Shown one piece after another: positions 30,157-37,046 of a stretch of 40,508 nucleotides of DNA. The DNA is from Microcoleaceae cyanobacterium (lineage in GTDB: Bacteria > Cyanobacteriota > Cyanobacteriia > Cyanobacteriales > Microcoleaceae): the NCBI GenBank assembly GCA_051652765.1, contig JBOFUV010000134.1, positions 1-40,508 of the forward strand. The letters are read 5' to 3'. Made by a program: the position numbers and the translations under genes. The notes beneath the pieces were generated by a model. The model was not told the origin of the DNA. It saw only the letters and a list, made by a program, of their open reading frames with translations, and did no database searches. The number at the start of each line of letters is the position of its first letter. The first letter of the stretch is position 1.

Positions 30157-30242
30157 GGATAACGGCTAAGCTCACCGGACACAAACAAACTCTCAAACCC
30201 AACCGACCGACCTCGTTGTTCTGGTGCAGCGCAGTGTTAGCC
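30157..30242 (-). other. attC-like recombination site 4 (86 bp)
   Basis: Minus strand GGCTAAC-ACTGCG-CTGCACCAGAAC...GTCCGGTGAG-CTTAGCC-GTTATCC. Confidence 0.82.
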
Positions 30243-30404
30243 TGCCACACCGTCAACCAAACCCAGGCCAACCTTGACACTCACAGTCTAACCCGAAACC
30301 ACAACTGCCTCAACAAACTGACTTCGCGGTGCTTTGCAACTGGCAAACCTGACCCAAGCCACCGTCCAAACCTATAATCTTCGCGCTTTCACAGATCATC
30401 GTTA

Positions 30405-30588
30405 AGATCAATGCGGGTTTGGTGTGAGATCAACGCGGGTTTGGTGTGAGATCAACGCGGGTTTGGTGTGAGATCAACGCGGGTTTGGTGTGAGATCAAT
30501 GCGGGTTTAGTATGAGATCAATGCGGGTTTGGTGTGAGATCAACGCGGGTTTAGTATGAGATCAACGCGGGTTTAGTATGAGATCAAT
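30405..30588. repeat. 22-bp tandem repeat AGATCAAYGCGGGTTTRGTRTG x8 plus partial
   Basis: Units start at 30405, 30427, 30449, 30471, 30493, 30515, 30537, 30559 and 30581 (partial). Confidence 0.97.
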
Positions 30589-30811
30589 CTGCACATGCTT
30601 TGACATCAACTTGATCTCCTTTCGAGATCAACTTTAACTGTATCCAGAACCAATAGGGGTTTGATGTGATTTACAACTGAGTCTGAAATGCTTACTGAAC
30701 AAGGCATCGACGCAAGTCAGCGAAAGAATCAGGTTCTCAAGGATCTGGGGAGGTGGGTCGATGAGACGATACAAACCAGACCAGTCGATCAAACGCCAAC
30801 TGTCAAACTAA

Positions 30812-30925
30812 CAGGACTTACCCACTTGCCCCCTAAATCCCCCAATGCTAGGGGACTTTAAGAAATCCGGCTCCCCCCAGGATTGGGGCTGGGGGGCCAA
30901 AGAATGCTTAACTGCGTCAGTCCTA
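30812..30925. mobile_element. MITE copy A with 5-bp target duplication ACTAA
   Basis: Ends CAGGACTTACCCA...TGCGTCAGTCCTA; ACTAA at 30807-30811 and 30926-30930; internal C-rich/G-rich palindromes. Confidence 0.85.
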
Positions 30926-30943
30926 ACTAAACAATATTCGAAG

Positions 30944-31912
30944 TCAAGAAATAGAGCTGAACAGATGAGTGGCTTGCCTTAAATCTACATTGCCCCCACT
31001 GATAACGATACCAATGCGGGCTTGAGGTCGAGTCACAATCCCCTGAAGCAAAGCCGCCGCCGCCAAAGCTCCTGTCGGCTCCACGACCAACTTCATCCGT
31101 TCCCAGAGGAAGAGCATTGTCTGCAAAATCTCCTCCTCAGAAACCGTGACCATATCATCCACACAGTTCAGCACAATTGGAAACGTGAGCTTACCCAGAT
31201 AAGGGGTTCTTGCGCCATCAGCAATCGTGTCAGGATTTTCGATGGTTTGCAGAGTTTTGCTGTGATAGGAACGGGTCGCATCATCCGCATTGGTGGGCTC
31301 AACTCCGATCACTTGACAGGTAGGGCATAGGTGGCATGTTGCGATCGCACATCCAGAAAGCAGTCCCCCACCCCCACAACAGACCAGCAAGAGATCAAGA
31401 GGCCCCACCTCCTGAATCAATTCCACTGCCGTTGTTCCCTGGCCAGCAATCACATCGCGATGGTCATAGGGCGGAATTATCGTCAATCCCCGTTCTGTGG
31501 CAATCTGCTGACCCAAGGCTTCCCTGGCAATTTCCGACCGTTCGTAGAGCAAGATCTCGGCCCCATACCCTGCTGTGGCGATCCGTTTCACCTGTGGAGC
31601 ATCCGCAGGCATGACAATCGTTGCCGGAACTCCGAGGATCTGTCCAGCAAGGGCGATCGCCTGAGCATGATTACCAGAGGAAAACGTTAAAATTCCTTGC
31701 TGTTTTTGATCGTTAGAAAGTTGAGAGAGGGCATTGAACGCTCCCCGAAATTTAAAAGAACCTGTCCGCTGAAAATTCTCACATTTGAAAAACACCTCAG
31801 CCTGAGTCAGTTCGTTCACCGTTCGAGAGGTCATGACCGGCGTGCGGCGGGCGTAACCGTTTAAGCGTTTGGCGGCAGCTTCGATATCGGTATAACTGAC
31901 AAGATTCATCAT
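30944..31912 (-). CDS. PLP-dependent threonine/serine dehydratase family (threo-3-hydroxyaspartate ammonia-lyase-like)
   Basis: KCENFQRTGSFKFRGA, SSGNHAQA, GGGGLLSG, VEPTGA, SGGNVD. Confidence 0.93.
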   Translation of the reverse strand: MMNLVSYTDIEAAAKRLNGYARRTPVMTSRTVNELTQAEVFFKCENFQRTGSFKFRGAFNALSQLSNDQKQQGILTFSSGNHAQAIALAGQILGVPATIVMPADAPQVKRIATAGYGAEILLYERSEIAREALGQQIATERGLTIIPPYDHRDVIAGQGTTAVELIQEVGPLDLLLVCCGGGGLLSGCAIATCHLCPTCQVIGVEPTNADDATRSYHSKTLQTIENPDTIADGARTPYLGKLTFPIVLNCVDDMVTVSEEEILQTMLFLWERMKLVVEPTGALAAAALLQGIVTRPQARIGIVISGGNVDLRQATHLFSSIS

Positions 31913-32026
31913 CAGGGCCTACGCACTTGCCCCCTAAATCCCCCAATCCTGGGGGACTTTGAGAAATCTGGCTCCCCCAGTATTGAGGGCTGGGGGGCCA
32001 AAGAATGCTTAACTGCGTCAGTCCTA
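31913..32026. mobile_element. MITE copy B with 5-bp target duplication ATCAT
   Basis: Ends CAGGGCCTACGCA...TGCGTCAGTCCTA; ATCAT at 31908-31912 and 32027-32031; closely similar to copy A. Confidence 0.85.
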
Positions 32027-32069
32027 ATCATGATTCATAACTGTAGAGTGGTCATCTTGCCCGCGTAGT

Positions 32070-32112
32070 CTGGAAATCTGCATCCTGGAAGTCTGCATCC
32101 TGGAAGTCTGCA
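32070..32112. repeat. 15-bp tandem repeat (CTGGAAGTCTGCATC) x ~3
   Basis: Seen directly. Confidence 0.8.
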
Positions 32113-32195
32113 CTACAGATATCTCATAAATTATGACTGATTGCTATAGTTTGTAAGAAACAGCTCATCTTTAGGTAGCTATTAAGTGACAAGTT

Positions 32196-32585
32196 ATGGA
32201 TTTAAGAGATTATCAATACCGAGCAACTCGTCAAGGGCTAGCCTCGATCAAGTTCTTTAAATTTTGTGCGATTGGCCTTGAGCAGGAAGTTAAAGAGATC
32301 AACACCAAGGCCAAACGGCTGGAAAGTTTAGAGGATGCAAACCTGAATAAACTTCAGGAACAACTGGGAGATTGTCTATGGTTCATTACCAACTTGGCCC
32401 AAGCGGTAGGATTAAGTTTGGAAGACGTGGTGACAGAAAGCTTGGAGATGAACAGTAGCGAAGCGGTAGAGCGATCGCCTGTTCCAGTCCCAGAACCCCG
32501 TTCCAACAAGCGCAAGAAATCAAGTAGCCCGGAAGAGGATCAGCCAGGGGGTAACGACGATGTTCCTCCCTGGGAAGAAGACTAG
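32196..32585 (+). CDS. Single-domain MazG-like NTP pyrophosphohydrolase-fold protein
   Basis: MDLRDYQ, GLEQEVKE, QLGDCLWF, LSLEDV pattern. Confidence 0.7.
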   Translation: MDLRDYQYRATRQGLASIKFFKFCAIGLEQEVKEINTKAKRLESLEDANLNKLQEQLGDCLWFITNLAQAVGLSLEDVVTESLEMNSSEAVERSPVPVPEPRSNKRKKSSSPEEDQPGGNDDVPPWEED

Positions 32586-32599
32586 GGGCGGGATTTGCC

Positions 32600-32920
32600 T
32601 TACCAGCCTTTACCCCCTTCCAAGGTTCTGGGTAAGTTCAATTGGGGAAATCGATAGATTGTGTTTCCTTCGTCATCCACTTCAGGAAAGGCCGCAAAGA
32701 CGCTCACCTGGCGATCGAGATATGCTTGAGCGACCTCCGCACTGACCTGGGCGACGGCAGCCAGTTGAATCAAAGACACTCGACCGTTCTGACTCGATAG
32801 CAATCGGTAGAAGGCAGTATCCAGTTCCCGTTTTTGTGCTCGGTTTGCGCTGAGATTATTAATCAGAAAACCAACGAATACACCCAATCCTGCAATTCCT
32901 AGAAATTCAAAAATAGCCAT
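32600..32920 (-). CDS. Small membrane-anchored hypothetical protein
   Basis: N-terminal TM then FYRLL..GRVSLIQLA..A..YLD..F.A..EVDDEG..IYRF pattern. Confidence 0.75.
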   Translation of the reverse strand: MAIFEFLGIAGLGVFVGFLINNLSANRAQKRELDTAFYRLLSSQNGRVSLIQLAAVAQVSAEVAQAYLDRQVSVFAAFPEVDDEGNTIYRFPQLNLPRTLEGGKGW

Positions 32921-33020
32921 GGGTTTGAAGATAGGTTAGTGGAATCAGTGGTCAGCAAATTAAAGTGTCAAAATCCTGCAATTTAGGCTCTTTGCTTGCA
33001 AATCTAAACTGGGTTCTGGG

Positions 33021-34151
33021 TTAACTCACGGGCTCTACCAAATTTTTGGCCCCCTGAACCACCTTGGCAGACTCAATAGTATCTCCTTCGGTGAGTTGCT
33101 CCAAGACTTCTTTGCCTTCAACCACATATCCAAAGGCCCCATAGCGACCATCCAACAGATTCAGGCCAGCGGGGGTGAGTTCAGGTTCAAACAGAAAGAA
33201 GAAAATTTGGGAGGAGCCTCCGTCTGGGTTAGGTTCTGGGCGCGCTAGAGCAACCGTTCCATAGGCGGAAAAGGGCAATACAGGCTTATCTCGATAGCGA
33301 CCAATCTCTTCAAGGGTAAAGCCGTAAATTGGCTCAGAATCGCCTCGCAACAAAATTTCTAAGGGAATCGCCCGATACTCTCCCGTTTTGGGATCAATAA
33401 ATCCTTCCTCTGGGCCAGGGGGATCGCCAACTTGTAACACGTAGGATGCCTCAGACCGGATAAACTTTAACCCGTTGTAAAACCCGCGTTGTACCAAATC
33501 GACAAAGTTTCCAGCGGTCACAGGAGCACTATAGCCATCGGCAACCACCGTGACATTCCCTTTACTGGTTTTAATTTCAACGGTGGCCCGTCCTTTTAAT
33601 TGAGGAAGATTGGCATACTCGGCTGGGACTTCAAAGGGGAATTTCTGAACCATTAATTCCTCAAGCTGACCTACGTTCTGTAACATATCAGCCCGAGTTT
33701 CCAGCAACATTTCTCCATCCTTCACTTCCAAGGCTCCCCGGAGGCGGTCAATCCCAGCATCCAGTTGGGTAATGATTTCCTGGGCTTCCGCTTGCCGATC
33801 GGCAGGGATACTCGCCAGCAATTTGGGTTTCTCACTGGTCAAGACTCTAGAGGCGATCGCAATATCTCCACTAACCGGACTCCAGCGCTTGCCCCGAATC
33901 CGTTCAGCAATGATTTCTAGGCTTTTTTGCAGCTTGCGAACAGGTTCATTGTCAATTGGCAGGGCATACTGCAACAAAGCTTTGCCATCCGTCACGGCAT
34001 TGCCCGCAGGCAGCACACTCTCTCGTTTAGACTTGCTGCCGCCATCCAAAACCGCACCACTCAGACCGAGGGACAGGGAAAATAGCAGTACAGCAACAAT
34101 TCCAGTCTTGAGCCAACGGTCGTAAAGATTCATCATATAAGGATTCATCAT
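33021..34151 (-). CDS. Cyclophilin-type peptidyl-prolyl isomerase (TLP40/CYP38-like)
   Basis: LPAGNAVTDG, DGYSAPVTAGNFVDLV, SSQIFF, NLLDGRY; start uncertain because of a 15-bp duplication at the 5' end. Confidence 0.93.
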   Translation of the reverse strand: MMNPYMMNLYDRWLKTGIVAVLLFSLSLGLSGAVLDGGSKSKRESVLPAGNAVTDGKALLQYALPIDNEPVRKLQKSLEIIAERIRGKRWSPVSGDIAIASRVLTSEKPKLLASIPADRQAEAQEIITQLDAGIDRLRGALEVKDGEMLLETRADMLQNVGQLEELMVQKFPFEVPAEYANLPQLKGRATVEIKTSKGNVTVVADGYSAPVTAGNFVDLVQRGFYNGLKFIRSEASYVLQVGDPPGPEEGFIDPKTGEYRAIPLEILLRGDSEPIYGFTLEEIGRYRDKPVLPFSAYGTVALARPEPNPDGGSSQIFFFLFEPELTPAGLNLLDGRYGAFGYVVEGKEVLEQLTEGDTIESAKVVQGAKNLVEPVS

Positions 34152-34468
34152 ATAAAGATTTCCAATCAGATTCAGCTCAGGGACAAACTTAGGGGCTTAG
34201 GGGCATAGTTCCTGCCTGGAGCGAAGTCCCAGACCCCAACCTTGCTTGCCAGGGAAACGCGATCAGTTTCAGCAGCACAAACAGCACAAACTTCAGCGGT
34301 TGTTTTCCCTATCCCATCTTGCCATAGGGGGGTCAACTCACAGTTTGAAAGTTCTAGTTGAAAGTTCTAGCTCAGGCTCAGAATGTAAAGAACTCTTCTG
34401 AAGACTTTAGGGAAGACCCTATTGGAGGTACAATAAAATCCCGATTGTCCTGCTACCTAAAAAGCTTC

Positions 34469-35026
34469 ATGATTTCGAGTAACGACTTTCGCCCAGGTGT
34501 AACAATTGAGCTAGATGGGTCAGTTTGGCGGGTAATTGAGTTTCTTCACGTCAAGCCAGGGAAAGGTTCAGCCTTTGTGCGAACAAAGCTCAAAAATGTC
34601 CAGAGTGGGAATACCGTTGAACGTACCTTTCGAGCTGCGGAAACTGTGCCTCAGGCCACTTTAGAAAAAAAAGTGATGCAGCATACCTACAAGGAAGCAG
34701 AGCAGTTTATCTTCATGGATATGGATTCTTATGAAGAGGCTCAGCTCACGGCAGGGCAAATTGGCGATCGCGTCAAATATCTCAAAGAAGGGATGGAAGT
34801 CAGCGTCGTCTTCTGGGATGATCAGGTTCTAGAGGTTGAACTGCCCAACTCTGTGGTTTTGGAGATCACTGAAACCGACCCAGGGGTCAAGGGAGATACG
34901 GCGACGGGCGGGACAAAGCCTGCAATCCTTGAAACTGGAGCGATGGTGATGGTGCCGCTGTTCATTTCTATTGGTGAAAGAATTCGGATTGACACCCGCA
35001 ATGATACGTACTTAGGTCGGGAATAA
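34469..35026 (+). CDS. efp: Translation elongation factor P
   Basis: [32 protein letters not shown] at 34429-34434 upstream. Confidence 0.98.
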   Translation: MISSNDFRPGVTIELDGSVWRVIEFLHVKPGKGSAFVRTKLKNVQSGNTVERTFRAAETVPQATLEKKVMQHTYKEAEQFIFMDMDSYEEAQLTAGQIGDRVKYLKEGMEVSVVFWDDQVLEVELPNSVVLEITETDPGVKGDTATGGTKPAILETGAMVMVPLFISIGERIRIDTRNDTYLGRE

Positions 35027-35078
35027 ACATCGGGCAATACCTGCTCGCACACTAACCCTAGAGGGAGCCAAACCAACT

Positions 35079-35600
35079 GTGCAACTTGATCTAAATCAGC
35101 TTCGGGAGCTTTTGGCCGATTTTGATAAAACGAATATTTCGGAGTTGACCCTGAAAAGTGAAGACTTCGAACTGACCGTTCGCAAAGAAATTTCTCTGGG
35201 CGATCGTCCTTTGCAACCGATTGATTCCCTGTTGGCAACTGGGGTTGCACGTCCAGAATGGGTTGCTCCTGTTGCTCCAATTGGCTCTGAGTCCCCTGGG
35301 AGATCGGCTCCCTCAACTACGCCCCCTCCTACCGTTGGGCCTTTGCCAATTGAAACTCGGTTCTTCGAGGTGACCTCTCCGATGGTCGGAACGTTCTATC
35401 GATCCCCAGCTCCCAATGAACCTCCTTTTGTGAATGTGGGCGATCGCATTGGGGTTGGACAAAGCGTTTGCATTATTGAAGCCATGAAACTCATGAATGA
35501 GATAGAGAGCGAGAGTTCTGGCCGAGTGATTGAGATTTTAGTAGACAGTGGGGCTCCCGTTGAGTATGGCCAAACGTTAATGCGGATCAAGCCGGACTAG
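35079..35600 (+). CDS. accB: Acetyl-CoA carboxylase biotin carboxyl carrier protein
   Basis: SPMVGTFYR and EAMKLMNEI biotinylation motif; follows efp. Confidence 0.98.
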   Translation: MQLDLNQLRELLADFDKTNISELTLKSEDFELTVRKEISLGDRPLQPIDSLLATGVARPEWVAPVAPIGSESPGRSAPSTTPPPTVGPLPIETRFFEVTSPMVGTFYRSPAPNEPPFVNVGDRIGVGQSVCIIEAMKLMNEIESESSGRVIEILVDSGAPVEYGQTLMRIKPD

Positions 35601-35631
35601 GCTTGTTTGGTTTGGCATCAAAGCAATGCCT

Positions 35632-35714
35632 CCAGGATAATCTGGTCTTGTTCGAGTTCAAAGTCTTGAATCTGATGACCAGAACTGCCGCTGAAGCACA
35701 CAAACAAGTCATCT
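35632..35714 (-). pseudogene. Diverged copy of the 3' region of the RTX adhesin gene
   Basis: DDLFVCFSGSSGHQIQDFELEQDQIIL vs EDLFVFFSGNSGNLIQDFELEQDQIVL at ~37190-37272; about 11 mismatches in 82 nt. Confidence 0.8.
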
Positions 35715-35765
35715 TTAGAATTTTGCTAGACTGATTAATAGGTCTGATCAATAGTTTTGAATCGT

Positions 35766-35824
35766 TTGCAGCTTAGAATTGCAGCTTAGAATTGCAGCTT
35801 AGAATTGCAGCTTAGAATTGCAGC
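35766..35824. repeat. 13-bp tandem repeat (TTGCAGCTTAGAA) x4.5
   Basis: Units start at 35766, 35779, 35792, 35805 and 35818 (partial). Confidence 0.95.
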
Positions 35825-35903
35825 ATTTTGCAGCAGTTTACGAGTCGGGCAATGTCCATCTAACTTTTCAGATCTTGATAGAAATTGCAGGACAAAAGCA
35901 ATC

Positions 35904-36767
35904 ATGACTGAAACTCCAACTCAAACTGCGCCTCAAGTTGAAATTCATCCGGATATTCCCCCAGCTTTTCCCGATCATACTCAGCTTCCCGAATCCGATG
36001 GAACGTTTGTGAAGAATTTTCAGGAACATCCCCAGAGTATTTTTTTAACTGACTCCATTGGTTCAGTCTTGGAACAACTACACCCAGATGGGCAGTACGC
36101 TATTGGTCAAGATTGCGGAATTTATTGGCGACAGACCGATCCACCAGAACAGGGGGCAGAAGCGCCCGATTGGTTCTATGTTCCCAATGTGCCTCCCAAA
36201 CTCAAGGGACAAATTCGTCGCTCCTATGTATTCTGGCGAGAGTTGAAAGCACCACTGATTGCCCTAGAGTTCGCCAGCGGTGATGGTTCAGCCGAGCGAG
36301 ACATCACCCCTCTCTGGGCAGATGCCGAGGGCACGATTCAGAAACCAGGAAAATGCTGGGTGTACGAACAAATCTTGCGGATTCCCTACTACGGTATTTT
36401 TGAAATCAGTAGCAATAGCTTAGAGGTTTACCATCTGGTTGATTTTTCCTATCAAAGACTCATTCCCAATGAACGAGGGCACTATTCTATTAAGCCCTTG
36501 GGGGTTGAGTTGGGACTCTGGCAAGGCACCTACCAAAATCAAACCCAACTCTGGCTCCGCTGGTGGGATCTGGAGGGGAATTTGTTGTTGATTGGTAATG
36601 AAAGAGCAGAACTAGAAAAGCAACGGGCTGAACAAGCTCAACGTCAAGCTGAACAGGCTCAGCATCAGGTCGATCTAGAACGGCAGCGGACAGCCAAAGC
36701 CGAGCAAAAAGCAGCAAAGTTGGCGGAGCGGTTACGGGCAATGGGCGTTAATCTAGAGGAAGAATAA
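35904..36767 (+). CDS. Uma2-family (DUF820) endonuclease with coiled-coil tail
   Basis: PDHTQLPESDG, APDWFYV, LEFASG, WLRWWD, LAERLRAMGVN; ATG 35904. Confidence 0.93.
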   Translation: MTETPTQTAPQVEIHPDIPPAFPDHTQLPESDGTFVKNFQEHPQSIFLTDSIGSVLEQLHPDGQYAIGQDCGIYWRQTDPPEQGAEAPDWFYVPNVPPKLKGQIRRSYVFWRELKAPLIALEFASGDGSAERDITPLWADAEGTIQKPGKCWVYEQILRIPYYGIFEISSNSLEVYHLVDFSYQRLIPNERGHYSIKPLGVELGLWQGTYQNQTQLWLRWWDLEGNLLLIGNERAELEKQRAEQAQRQAEQAQHQVDLERQRTAKAEQKAAKLAERLRAMGVNLEEE

Positions 36768-36999
36768 ATTCCCTTCTCAGTTAAGTTCCCTGTACAAATG
36801 TCTCAAAATCCTTCCTCTTCCCTCCATTCTGGGAATGGACACACCCTACATTGCTAATGTGTCCATCCAACTCAAAGGATAAAGACGATAGTTACCCAAT
36901 CGTAATCTGGCAGAGGTGGGTGACAACCTTGAACGTGATGTTCTCAACTTGCAACATCCCATTGGGTGATAATAAGCCATTAATCTAATTGATAGATTG

Positions 37000-37026
37000 T
37001 TGAGGTAGGTTTGAAACCTACCCCAA
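37000..37026 (-). terminator. Hairpin downstream of RTX adhesin
   Basis: TTGAGGTAGGTTT / AAACCTACCCCAA. Confidence 0.55.
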
Positions 37027-37046
37027 TGATTTTTCATCAACAACGC

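Noticed and set aside
30126..30377. 83-aa ORF (and the similar ORFs 29507-29788 and 26711-26911)
   Set aside because: They run across attC sites or overlap real genes and show no protein motifs
30405..30588. CRISPR array
   Set aside because: Units are contiguous with no unique spacers, and there are no cas genes in the window
30243..30810. intI, attI or a fifth attC at the head of the array
   Set aside because: No tyrosine recombinase ORF; GTCTAAC near 30286 has no convincing partner arm; TTGACA (30274) and TATAAT (30373) are too far apart to form one promoter
30812..32026. Composite transposon that delivered the dehydratase gene
   Set aside because: Each MITE has its own different target duplication, which indicates separate insertions
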